Assembly: GCA_002104905.1 (NCBI GenBank)
Contig: MCFE01000087.1
Location: forward strand, 62,001-126,000
Source of the DNA: Basidiobolus meristosporus CBS 931.73
Lineage: Eukaryota; Fungi; Basidiobolomycota
Reading direction: 5' to 3'
Length of the DNA: 64,000 nt
Each line of letters starts with the position of its first letter. Position 1 is the stretch's first letter. The translations under genes were made by a program, and so were the position numbers. Shown here in pieces: positions 11,199 to 24,193 of the stretch. The notes beneath the pieces were generated by a model, which was not told the DNA's origin, searched no databases, and worked only from the letters and a program-made list of their open reading frames with translations.

Positions 11199-13250
11199 AT
11201 GGACAAGACAACTTTGACTCAATGCTGTAAGAGAAGAGAAAAAAGACCATGTGGCTATTGTGGCAAGCCTCTCAGCCATGAAGCATGCAGTCAGCATAGG
11301 AAGTACTACAAGAATAACAGCCAGTGTTTTGCCACACAAGTCATATTTGACCATTGATTGGTCACTACTGTACCAGCATTATCTTACCAGCCAGCTGATA
11401 CTTCTATATTGGCACCTGGCCATCTGTGTCACTTTGCGCAAACTGAGTCAGGTGAGTTTGTGATGCCATCAGGCTCACCTCAGCCTTCTGAATATGGCAC
11501 ACAGAGTAACAGCTCTGACAAAGAAGGCTCACTGATGGATTTTGCACCTATCTCCCCTAACAGCTAAGAAACAAGGGCTACTTTGAAGGTATGCATGACC
11601 ATGCCTTTGCCTTAGCACTTGATGGATTCACATTAAACAAGTACTCTACCAGCAAATCCTGCTGGCCACTGATTGTCATCAATCTGAATTTGCCACCCAT
11701 CTTACAGTATTAGAGAAATAATCTAATGATAGTCTCACTGGTATCTGGGCCTAAATCACTGTCCAACCTGGATAGCTACCTGTATCTATTGCCAGATGAG
11801 TTTTGTATGCTTTCCAGTAGGCTAACAGTAAATGGCTGTCATGTAAAAGAACATATTATTGTCTTCATTAGAGATACCCCAGCCATCAGCAAGATAGCTG
11901 GTTTTTCCAGGCACAATTGATGGCATTGCTATCTAGTTTGTGGGATCCAGGGAGTTTTCTCCATAATTCACACACATTATTATTACCCAAACACCAGCAC
12001 TAAGAACATCATGTTTCTGTAGAGAGAGTGTACAGAAGTCAGCATGCAATTGCAGTAAAGTTGGCAAGCTATAAGCCATTGGCCACAATATGGAATCAAT
12101 TGGAAACAGGAGATACTTAAGATAGAGGATATCTGCTGGAGCAAAAGCTTTCTACTGGGAGCAATGCATTTGCTTTTCAGCAATATCCCTATACTGATGA
12201 CCAAGTTGTACATGGTGCATTTCAAGCTAAATGAGCCCTTCAAGATACTGGAAAAGTTTGAAAGAATTGGCAAGATATTACAGTGCATATGCTACCCTAA
12301 ATGCATCTCACAGGCTCCAATTAATATTTATACGCATATTCAACAATACAAATGCAAAGTCTGTATAAAATGGATATGCATTCTTTAAAGTGGTGTTCTA
12401 AAGCCATTCCTACCAAGAGTACATTGGAAGCATTGCAAGTCATATGTAGATATTGTTGGAATATTTATCCAGAAGCGGATCACCAATGCCAACTTGTCAC
12501 ATCTACAGCTGTTGTGTGAAGAGTTTGTGACAGGATTTGAGCAGCTATACTACAAGCATAAAGCTGAATGTGTAGATCTCTGCTGCTACTCTATCCATTC
12601 TCTGCTCCATCTTGCATGGTGTGTGGAGAATAATGGGCCTTGCATCACCTTTTGGGAGTTTCCTACGGAGCGGATGTGTGGAGTGATAGGAAGACAAGTC
12701 AAGTTGCAGGTAGTACCATATCCCAATCTCATCAAGAATATTACCTTCAAGTCCATCATGGATGTGATGAGTTGGCACATGGAGGACAGCCAGGAAGCGT
12801 TAGAAAATACTGAAGACAAATGTGCACATGGAGACACCTATGCCTATGGCATTGAGAGGCTAAGCAGCCCCAATGCATGGGTTATCAGTTGAGTAATGCA
12901 AAGTTGCGTTGGGTGCAACAAGCAACTAATTATTATTAGGAAAGCTCTACTAAGGTATGCCGGATTTCTCATGGTCACAAGCCAACTTCTACACAATTCA
13001 ATACAGAATTCACACATACAAAAGCCTGATTGTACCTATAAGGGGGACTAGAATCCAGCAGGGAGAAGGAATATAATGGCTAAATACTGAGAAGTTCTTT
13101 GTGGATATTCAGGAGGTGTTGATGGCAGAGGTGGCAACAACCAAGCATATGTTTGCAAGATGTATATGTTACAAGCAGTACAAGGTATATGGCAACTTTG
13201 CATGTATCATGCTAAAAAGCAATAAAGTTGAGGTGATAGAGGTATGTCAA
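11199..13250 (+). pseudogene. En/Spm-like (Transposase_21/Tnp2) transposase pseudogene of D1
   Basis: N-terminal CGYCGKPLSHEACSQH zinc-finger-like motif; ALALDGF..CWPLIVINLNLPP; SGPKSLSNLDSYL; IHSLLHLAWCVENNGP..FWEFPTERMCG. Internal deletion near 11,563 relative to D2. Confidence 0.85.
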
Positions 13251-14050
13251 TTGCAAAGGGTGTGAATATTTGTAGAGGATAGTAAGCAGGAGGCCATGGT
13301 TTTTTTTGATTTGAACTTTATGTGAAATACCCAAGGTAGTGGTGGGTAAGCTAATAAAGAGGGGTGATTCTACAGTGGAATATATGAATTGCACAAGGGG
13401 AGGTAGAAAAAGGATATACCATTTGGTAAATTGGTACAGTAGCATTATACAGAACCAGCTGTAGGCCATCATACTGCCAATGTAATACCATCAGAGTCTT
13501 GCAGTGAGGCCATTGGCATACCTTCAGGTTTCCTGCCATATATGGCAATAGGATGTCCTGGCTGGTTGGATCCACTTGAAATTGTTGTAGAGTGCCAAAA
13601 GACCACAACAAAACCATGTAGTTATTGTCACAGCACCAATTAAATCTTGTCAAATTTTATCCCTTTGTTTGGAAGTAAAATTAGCAAACACCATCATGAT
13701 CCTGTCATAAGATCATTAAGAGGATCACTAATTCCAAGCTGCTGGTATAATGACAGTGTCTAAATGGGATCCTGATGGTTGATCTGGATTGGATCCACCC
13801 ACAGGACCAAATTATTTTTCATAGGGTAAGTAAGCATTGAGTCCATTTCAGCTTCATCACCAATGCCTATATTCTCAAAGGCCTCCATCTTGCCCAAGGT
13901 GCTTACCAATTGTTGACCAATATTTCTCTGCATGCAATAATCTACTAAACATCCTTGCCTACAACAGCTGGAAAACAGTCCTTTCTTCTTGCATCTTCCT
14001 GTGGAGATAATCATTTACATCTATATATCTCCGTAGACAATCCTTCAATG

Positions 14051-14395
14051 TGTTGTAGATATTTGTAATTCCACTTAAATGTTCACTTAGCTTGGTCACT
14101 TAGATCATTGCCTACATATCTTAGAGAATACTGACCAAGTTCCTTGCCAGGATATACCTAGAATATCAACACAAAAGTATCAGGTATCCAGAACTTGAAG
14201 ATTCTCAAAGTTGTCCAAACAGCCCCACACTTTGCACACATGCTCTTAGGACCTTCTTAAGCCTATAAAGTGTGTCTTTCATGCAACAATCATGTAAAAG
14301 TATAAATACTACTCTTGTATTCAATAAATTACCAACTGGACGCCACATAATCTGTTTGTTCTCCCAATCACTTCCCATATCTCCAATACTCTTAC
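14051..14395 (+). repeat. Old degenerate copia-A LTR directly abutting element A1
   Basis: Starts TGTTGTAG, follows the LTR-A layout, and ends ...ctcttac, 4 nt short of the normal LTR end, where A1 begins. Confidence 0.8.
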
Positions 14396-17300
14396 TGTTG
14401 TAAAAATTTGTATTTCCACCTAAATATTCACCTAACTTAGTCACTTAGATCATTACCTTCAAATCCTAGAGAATACTGACCAAATTCCCTGTCAGTATTT
14501 ACTTAGAATATTTTCACCAAAATACCAGGTACCCAGAACATGAAAAATTCTCAAAGTTGTCCAAACAGCCCCAAACTTTGCACACATGTTCTTAGGATCT
14601 TCCTTAACCTATTCTATGTGTTTGTAATGCCAAGACCAGGTAAAAGTATAAATACTACTTTTACATTCAAAAAATCATTAAGTGAAAACCACATAATCTA
14701 CTTGTGCTCCCATTCACTTCCAATATCTCCAAGCCTCTTACAACAGGTTATGAGCCCCAAGCTGTCACTCTCTGCAATGTCTACTACTGCTATTACTGGA
14801 ATTTTTCCCTATGCTGAAAAGTTGGATGGATCTAACTACCAAGTGTGGAAGGTGAAGATGAAGATGCTGCTACAAGAAAGAGGCCTTTGGGATATTGTCA
14901 TGGGAGAAGAATGCCCTTCTAAGAATGTGGGAGAGGAAGCCTTAAAGTACCAGAAGAAAGAGCAAAGTGCCTTTAACTGCATTTGCCTTAATGTCAAGGA
15001 CAAATTGCTAATTCAATGCTCAAGAGCAAAAACGGCAAAGAATGCCTGGAAGGCATTAGAAGACACCTACCAGTCATGTTCAGCTGCCAAGAAAATGTAT
15101 CTGAGACAAAAATTCTTTACTACAAAGATGCTGCCAGGAGAAGAAATGAAAAATCTAATTAACAGAATTACCCTGCTGGTAGATGAGATGGAATCTGTGG
15201 GCGTACCAACTACTGATGAGGATGTGAAAGTTACCATCCTGAATAGTCTGACAGACAAGTTTCAGGGCCTTGTATCAGCCCTAGAGTCCACAACTGAAGA
15301 TTTGACCTTAAATTATGTATATGGAAGGCTCCTGGATGAAGAATTAAGAAAATCAAGCGCCAATAAGAAGGAAGAAGAAAATGCTTTAATAAGCAATGAT
15401 AACCAACAAAAGAGGTACCCAAGACCCTACAAAGGCAACAGCAACCTATTCTGCAACTACTGCAAAAGGAAAGGACACACATCAGACCGGTGTCTCAAAA
15501 AGAGAGATTATCAGCAAAAGAAGCCTGCATATGGAAATGCTGCAACAACTGAAGATAGACTACTCATATCTGCACTAAACATGACCACAAACAAGGACTC
15601 TCAGACGTGGTATATTGACTCTGGAGCTTCTCAACACTTTACACACCAAAAAGAACTTTTTACCCAATATCAAGAAATTCCAATTAAGAAGGTTTTCATG
15701 GGTGATGATAGAACACTTGATGCAGTGGGAGAAGGAACTATCCAAGTAAACCTTAGAAGCAGTGAAGGAAGCCAAACACTGACCTCTAAAGACATACTCT
15801 ATGTACCAGAAATAGCCAAGAACCTACTCTCTGTAAGCAAGGCCACAGCAGAAGGACTCAGTTTCAGTTTTGACAATTCTGGATGCTGGATCACTGATCA
15901 AAGTGGTGCCCATATTGCTTTGGGCATCAGAGATCAGAATCTATACAAGTTGACTTATATTCCATCATATTTGGAAGCCAATATTAGTAACTTAAATGAA
16001 GAAACACCAATGCTTTGGCATAGGAGATTTGGACACATCAATTTTGATTATTTGCGTAAAATGATCAAAGATCAGCTAATTTCTGGAGTGAAAGTTGATC
16101 CCCCAGCTAATTTGGAGCACTGTGAAGCCTGCATATATGGGAAACAAGCCAGACAACTGTTCAAGAGCTCTGGGTTAATCAAAACTAAGAAAAAATTAGA
16201 TCTAATTCACTCAGATCTGTGTGGACCTATGCAAAATTTATCCTTAGATGGGATGAAGTATTTAATCACTTTTATTGATGATTATACAAGATACACATGG
16301 GTCTACTTCATGGAGAAAAAGGAAGAAGCTCTGTCTAATTTCAGGGAGTTTAAAGCCATGCTGGAGAGAGAAACTGGTGAAAAAATCAAGAAAATACGCT
16401 CTGACAATGGTGGAGAATATACCTCAAAACTCTTCATCCACTTCTGCAAAATTCATGGGATAAAGCAAGAGACTACTGTACCATACTCCCCACAGCAAAA
16501 TGGAGTAGCAGGACAAGCTAACAGATCAATAATTGATATGGCAAGATATATGATCCATGATCAAAAATTATCCTATGTTTTTTGGGCGAAATCAGTTGCC
16601 ACTGCTATATACCTTAAAAATAGGAGTTATAATAGAATACTTTGTGATTCTATTCCATTTGAAGCATGGTATGGATACAGACCAAGTGCAGAGCAACTAA
16701 GAATATTTGGGTGTACAGCATATGCCAAAAAAACTGGCCGGAAATCAGTCAAAATTTGAGCCAAAAAGTGAAAAATGCATATTTTTGGGCTACTGCAATG
16801 AGAGTAAGGCTTACAGACTCTACAATACCAAAGCAAAGAAGCTTATCAAGTCCAGGGATGTGTTGTTTGATGAAAACTCAAAATTTTCACTCAAAATGAC
16901 ATCAGATGATGACAAAAATTTGATCTCAAGTCCACCAATTGTCAGGATTGAATCAGAGCAAAACAATGAAAATTTTCTCACTCCAGAGGACTCTACAACC
17001 GTGGTTCAGCCAAAATCAGTGCCCAGGAATATCCCAGAAGTGATCATTCCAGTATCAAATGCCCGGAGATCCAATTGGACAAGAAATAGCCCAAATTACT
17101 ATATCAATGAGGATACAAACTTAGCCTATGCCTATTCAGTCCATATTGATGAACCCCAGACTGTAAAAGAGGCCCTAAATAGCCCTCAGACAAAGTTTTG
17201 GAGATCGGCAATGACTGAGGAATATCAGGCACTGATGGAAAATCAAACTTGGCACTTAGTCAAATTACCAATCAACCAAAAATCAATTGGATGCAGATGG

Positions 17301-19082
17301 GTCTTCAAGACAAAATACAAGGCTGATGGTACAATTGAAAGATACAAAGCAAGACTTGTAGCCAAAGGATACTCTCAAACAAAAGGACTTGACTATACTG
17401 AGACCTTTGCACCGGTAGCCAAGTTTAACTCCATCAGATTAATATTGGCTATTGCAGCCAAATATAAGTTTTTTATTCATCAAATGGATGTAAAAACTGC
17501 ATTTTTGGTTGGAGAACTTGATGAGGACGTGTATATGGACCAGCCTGATGGGTTTGTTGACCCAGATAACCCCCATTTGGTCTGCAAGCTTAAAAAGTCA
17601 CTATATGGTCTCAAACAATCACCAAGAGCCTGTAATTGCAAGATAGATTCTTATTTGGAATCTCTGAGTTTCAAAAGAAGTAATGCTGACTATAGTATAT
17701 ACTATAAGCCAGATAGAGCAAATCCAGTTCTATTAGCTCTATATGTGGATGATCTTATTATTGCCGCCAATAACCTAGGAACATTAGAAGAAATTAAATC
17801 CAGCCTATCTAAGGAGTTCAAGATGTCTGATTTAGGAGAACTTAGTTACTACTTAGGGATTAAGTTCTCCATAGACAGAAGTACCCATACTGTCACCCTA
17901 AGCCAGTCCAAGTATATTCAAGATATACTAAAGAAGTACCAAATGGAAGAGTGTAAACCGGCAGCTACCCCAATGGAGACAAACCTTAACTTGGTCAAAA
18001 CTCAACCAAATCAAGAGAGCTTGGTGCCATCTGAAAGCCCTAACTTTCCTTATCAATCTATGGTCGGCAGTCTGATGTATATTGTGCTTGGAACATGTCC
18101 AGATATCTCATATTCAGTGGGAGTTGTCAGCCAACATAATCAGAACTATGGATCTGATCATATTGCAGCAGTTACGCGGATTTTTAGATACCTAAAAGGA
18201 ACTGCTGATATCTGCTTAAGATACACTTATAAGGACTCAGAACAAGATCTTGTGGGATACTCTGATGCAGATTGGGGACAAAATTTAGAAGACAGAAGAC
18301 CCACCACAGGATACACTTTTCTTTACTGTAAAGGAGCAATTTCATGGAATTCAAGAAAGCAACCAACCGTAGCACTTTCCACCACAGAGGCAGAGTATAT
18401 GGCAGCCTGTGAAGCTACAAAAGAAGCAATGTGGTTAAGAAAGCTGTTTAAAGATTTAGGCCTATGTCAAAAAATGCCTATTACTTTATTTCAAGATAAT
18501 TAAGGATGTATACAATTAGGTAGAAATCCAACTTTTCATGCTAGAACCAAGCACATAGATATTAGACATCATTTCATACGTGAAGCTATAGAGAATAACT
18601 TAGTTAGCTTAGTTTACTGTTCTACAGATGAAATGATTGCAGACATATTTACCAAACCATTAGCTAGAGACAAGTTTGAATATTGTAGGTCAAAATTAGG
18701 ACTAGTCAGTATGAACATTTAGCTGAGTGGGAGTGTTGTAAAAATTTGTATTTCCACCTAAATATTCATCTAACTTAGTCACTTAGATCATTACCTTCAA
18801 ATCCTAGAGAATACTGACCAAATTCCTTGTTGGGATTTACTTAGAATATTTTCACCAAAATACCAGGTACCCAGAACATGAAAATTCCCAAAGTTGTCCA
18901 AACAGCCCCAAACTTTGTACACATGTTCTTGGGACCTTTCTTAACCTATTATATGTGTTTGTAATGCCAAGACCAGGTAAAAGTGTAAGTACTACTTTTA
19001 CATTCAATAAATCATTAAGTGAAAACCACATAATCTACTTGTTCTCCAAATCACTTCCAATATCACCAAGACTCTTACAACA
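14396..19082 (+). mobile_element. Ty1/copia element A1 (LTRs 14396-14745 and 18734-19082; gag-PR-IN-RT-RH at 14750-18722, defective)
   Basis: TG..CA LTRs of about 350 bp; PBS GGTTATGAGCCC; PPT TGAGTGGGAG; CNYCKRKGHTSDRC knuckle; WYIDSGAS protease; WHRRFGH/CEAC; SDNGGEY integrase; YVDD RT. A7 frameshift near 16,726-16,732 and a stop at 18,501. Confidence 0.96.
14746..14757 (+). promoter_or_regulatory. Primer-binding site GGTTATGAGCCC, complementary to the anticodon arm of initiator tRNA-Met (also at 19083, 35388, 58110; variant at 62237)
   Basis: Lies immediately 3' of the LTR CA; reverse complement GGGCUCAUAACC is the yeast-type tRNAiMet anticodon stem-loop, as used by Ty5 and copia. Confidence 0.9.
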
Positions 19083-22000
19083 GGTTATGAGCCCCAAGCT
19101 GTCACTCTCTGCAATGTCTACTACTGCTATTACTGGAATTTTTCCCTCTGCTGAAAAGCTGGATGGATCTAACTACCAAGTGTGGAAGGTGAAGATGAAG
19201 ATGCTGCTACAAGAAAGAGGCCTTTGGGATATTGTCATGGGGGAAGAATGCCCTTCTAAGAACGTGGGAGAGGAAGCCTTAAATTACCAGAAGAAAGAAC
19301 AAAGTGCCTTTAACTGCATTTGCCTTAATGTCAAGGACAAATTGCTAATTCAATGCTCAAGAGCAAAAACGGCAAAGAATGCCTGGAAAGCATTAGAAGA
19401 CACCTACCAGTTGTGTTCAGCTGCCAAGTAGATGTATTTGAGACAAAAATTCTATACTACAAATATGCTGCCAGAAGTAGAATTGAAAAATCTATTAACA
19501 GAATTACCCTGCTGGTAGATGAGATGGAATCTGTGGGTGTACCAACTACTGATGAGGCTGCAATAGTTACCATCCTGAATAGCCTGACAGACATGTTTCA
19601 GGGCCTTGTATCAGCCCTAGAGCTCAGAACTGAAGATTTGACCTTAAATTACATATATGGAAGGCTCCTGGATGAAGAATTAAGAAAATTAAGCGCCAAT
19701 AAGAAGGAAGAAGAAAATGCTTTAATAAGCAATGATGACCAACAAAGGAGGTACCCAAGACCCTACAAAGGCAACAGCAACCTGCTTTGCAACTACTGCA
19801 ATAGGAAAGGACACACATCAGACCGGTGTTTCAAGAAGAAAGTTAATCAGCAAAAGAAGCCTGAATATAAAAACGCTGCAACAATTGAAGATAGACCATT
19901 CATATCTGCACTAAATATGACCACAAACAAGGATTCTCAGACGTGGTATATTGACTTTGGAGCTTCTCAACACTTAACACACCAAAAAGAACTTTTTACC
20001 CAATATCAAGAAATTCCAATTAAGAAGGTTTTCATGGATGACAATAGCACACTTGATGCAGTGGGAGAAGGAACTATCCAAGTAAACCTTAGAAGCAGTG
20101 AAGGAAGCCAAACACTGACCTCTAAAGACATACTCTATGTACCAGAAATAGCCAAGAACCTACTCTCTGTAAGCAAGGCCACAGCAGAAGGACTCAGTTT
20201 CAGTTTTGACAATTCTGGATGCAGGATCACTGATTAAAATGGTGTTCATATTACTTTGGGCATCAGAGATCAGAATCTATACAAGTTGACTTATATTCCA
20301 TCATATCTGGAAGCCAATATAAGTAACTAAAATGAAGAAACACCAATGCTTTGGCATAGGAGATTTGGACACATCAATTTTGATTATTTGCGTAAAATGA
20401 TCAAAGATCAGCTATTTCTGGAGTGAAAATTGATCCCCAGCTAAATTGGAGCACTGTGAGGCCTGCAAATATGGGAAACAAGCCAGACAACTGTTCAAGA
20501 GCTCTGGGTTAATCAAAACTAAGAAAAAATTAGATCTAATTCACTCAGATCTGTGTGGACTTATACAAAATTTATCCTTAGGCAGGATGAAGTATTTAAT
20601 CACATTTATTGATGATTATACAAGATACACATGGGTCTACTTCATGGAGAGAAAGGAAGAAGCTCTGTCTAAGCTTAGGGAGTTCAAAGTCATGGTGGAG
20701 AGAGAAACTGGTGAAAAAATCAAGAAAATACGCTCTGACAATGGTGGAGAATATACCTCAGAACTCTTCATCCACTTCTGCAAAATTCATGGGATAAAGC
20801 AAGAGACTACTGTACCATACTCCCCACAGCAAAATGGAGTAGCAGGACAAGCTAACAGATCAATAATTGATATGGCAAGATCTATGATCCATGATCAAAA
20901 ATTATCCTATGTTTTTTGGGTGGAATCAGTTGCCACTGCTATATACCTTAAAAATAGGAGTTATAACAGAATACTTCGTGATTCTACTCCATTTGAAGCA
21001 TGGTATGGATACAGACCAAGTGAAGAGCAACTAAGAATATTTGGGTGTACAGCATATGCCAAAAAACTGGCCGGAAACCAGTCAAAATATGAGCCAAAAA
21101 GTGTAAAATGCATATTTTTGGGCTACTGCAATATCAAAGCAAAGAAGCTGATCAAGTCCAGGGATGTGTTGTTTGATTAAAATTTTAAATTTTCACAAAA
21201 AATGACATTAGACGATGACAAAAATTTGATCTCAACTCCATCAATTGTCAGGATTGAATCAGAGCAAAACAATGAGAATTTCTTCACTCCAGAGGACTCT
21301 ACAACCATTGTTCAGCCAGAATCAGTGCCCAGGAATATCCCAGAAGTGATCATTCCAGTATCAAATGCCCGGAGATCCAATTGGACAAGAAATAGCCCAA
21401 ATTACTATATCAATGAGGATACAAACTTAGCCTATGCCTATTCAGTCCATATTGATGAACCCCAGACTGTAAGAGAGGCCCTAAATAGCCCTCAGACAAA
21501 GTTTTGGAGATCTACAATGACTGAGGATTTTCAGGCCCTGATGGAAAATCAAACTTGGGACTTAGTCAAATTACCAATCAACCAAAAATCAATTGGATGC
21601 CAATGGGTCTTCAAGACAAAATACAAGGCTGATGGTACAATTGAAAGATACAAAGCAAGACTTGTAGCCAAAGGATACTCTCAAACAAAAGGACTTGACT
21701 ATACTGAGACCTTTGCACCGGTAGCCAAGTTTAACTCCATCAGATTAATATTGGCTATTGTAGCCAAATATAAGTTTTTTATTCATCAAATGGATGTAAA
21801 AACTGCATTTTTGATTGGAGAACTTGATGAGGACGTGTATATGGATCAGCCTGATGGGTTTGTAGACCCAGATAACCCCCATTTGGTCTGCAAGCTTAAA
21901 AAGTCACTATACGGTGTGGTAGGGTAAACATACCTCCCACAGACAAGTTTATTCATATAGTCATTATGATATACTTATCCATATTTTATCTTATCAGTAT

Positions 22001-24193
22001 TACCCCATTCTTCTTTTGCCCATATTATCAGTATTATCCCCATATGATGTTTACTCTGATTAGTTATTAGCATTAGTTATCCCAGATGTTATTCAGCTTT
22101 GTGATCAGTAGATGTATCTATATAAGGCAAGTACCCGCGTCAGTACCCGTGACACATGACCTAGGTCTGTGTTACCATCTCTACCATTTCAATACCATAT
22201 ATGGTATTTCTATGTTGCACAGGTTTCAGACTACTGATTCCTGATTGGTTGAGAGTGCTGTGCCTTTTAGAACCTTCCAGGACATTCTTGGCATATTTTT
22301 AGCTCATAGCAATGTCATCAAGAATTCCACTGATACCTAGAATCTTCTAGAACCTTGTCATTAGTAATCACTTGGCAATCAGGAAAAGTATTTAAGGGAA
22401 AGCAATCCCTCATCAATAAATCATCCCTTCTATCAGTTACACTTCTCCCTTATTGATTAGCAGTTGATCACTGCACCTGCCTTCAACAGTACATCTCAGA
22501 CCTGCCATCAAGGAGCTTTTCAGGGTAGTGCACAAGACACACAGAGGCCTTTGGAGACACTTGGAGCACCTAGGAAGCTAGAGAAGCAGGAGCTTTAACC
22601 ATAGAGACATACTGACAAAGACACCAGCAGTTTAGACCCAGAGGTTATTGCACCCATCAGACACCTCACACACCTTGAGTTGTGTAGCTTCTCCCAGGAG
22701 TACCTCTACACCACCACAATGGTCTCAAACAATCACCAAGAGCCTGTAATTGCAAGATAGATTCTTATTTGGAATCTTTGAGTTTCAAAAGGAGTAATGC
22801 TGACTATAGTATATACTATAAGCCAGATAGAACAAATCCAGTTCTATTAGCTCTATATGTGGATGATCCTATTATAGCCACCAATAACCTAGAAACATTG
22901 GAAGAGACTGAATCCAGCCTATCTAAGGAGTTCAAGATGTCCAATCTAGGAGAACTTGGTTACTACTTAGGGACTAAGTTCTCCATAGACAGAAGTACCC
23001 ATACTGTCACCCTAAGCCAGTCCAAGTATATTCAAGATATACTAAAGAAGTACCAAATGGAAGACTGTAAACTGGCAGCTACCCCAATGGAGACAAACCT
23101 TAACTTGGTCAAAACCTATTCAAATCCAGAGAGCTTGGTGCCATCTGAAAGCCCTGACTTTCCTTATCAATCTATGGTCGGCAGTCTGATGTATATTGTG
23201 CTTGGAACATGTCCAGATATCTCATATTCAGTGGGAGTTGTCAGCCAACATAGTCAGAACTATGGATCTGATCATATTGCAGCAGTTAAGCGGATTTTTA
23301 GATACCTAAAAGGAACTGCTGATATCTGCTTAAGATACACTTATAAGAACTCAGAACAGGATCTTGTGGGATATTCTGATGCTGATTGGGGACAAAATTT
23401 AGAAGATAGAAGATCCACCACAGGCTACACCTTTCTTTACTGTTAAGGAGCAATTTCATGGAACTCAAGAAAGCAACCAACCGTAGCACTTTCCACCACA
23501 GAGGCAGAGTATATGGCAGCCTGTGAAGCTACAAAAGAAGCAATGTGGTTAAGAAAGCTGTTTACAGATTTAGGCCTATGTCAAAAAATGCCTATTACTT
23601 TATTTCAAGATAATAATGGATGTATACAATTAGGTAGAAATCCAACTTTTCATGCTAGAACCAAGCACATAGATATTAGACATCATTTCATACGTGAAGC
23701 TATAGAGAATAACTTAGTTAGCTTGGTTTACTGTCCCACAGATGAAATGATTGCAGACATATTTACCAAACCATTAGCTAGAGACAAGTTTGAATATCTT
23801 AGGTCAAAATTAGGACTAGTCAGTATGAGCATTTAGCTGAGTGGGAGTGTTGTAAAAATTTGTATTTCCACCTAAATATTCATCTAACTTAGTCACTTAG
23901 ATCATCACCTTCAAATCCTAGAGAACACTGACCAAATTCCTTGTTGGGATTTACTTAGAATATTTTCACCAAAATACCAGGTACCCAGAACATGAAAATT
24001 CTCAAGTTGTCCAAGCAGCCCCAAACTTTGCACACATGCTCCTGGGACCTTCCTTAACCTATTCTATGTGTTTGTAATGCCAAGACTAGGTAAAAGTATA
24101 AATACTACTTTTACATTCAATAAATCATTAAGTGAAAACCACATAATCTACTTGTTCTCCAAATCACTTCCAATATCTCCAAGACTTACAACA
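18734..24193 (+). mobile_element. Ty1/copia element A2, tandem with A1 through the shared LTR 18734-19082; 3' LTR 23848-24193; defective
   Basis: A second PBS follows the shared LTR directly at 19,083; the full internal domain has multiple stops and frameshifts; RT is interrupted by solo LTR C1. Confidence 0.95.
21915..22718 (+). repeat. Solo LTR of family C (804 bp) inserted in the A2 RT gene
   Basis: TGTGGT...ACCACA termini; 4-bp TSD ACGG/ATGG; TATA-like TATATAAG and AATAAA inside; RT (SLYGLKQ) is continuous after removal. Strand set from the TATA/polyA order. Confidence 0.9.

Larger units (their letters stand above)
7865..13826. mobile_element. En/Spm (CACTA/CMC)-type DNA transposon D1 with CCCTA termini and two divergent degenerate genes
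   Basis: Left end CCCTATGTAAAATTATT (7865); right end AATTATTTTTCATAGGG (13826); GATCC-rich subterminal repeats at both ends; Transposase_21-type remnants inside; gypsy relic on both flanks. Confidence 0.8.

Noticed and set aside
14540-14749. N-terminal extension MKNSQSCPNS... on the copia Gag ORF (also at 18955, 57982)
   Set aside because: It is read-through of LTR sequence upstream of the PBS and is not consistently open among copies.
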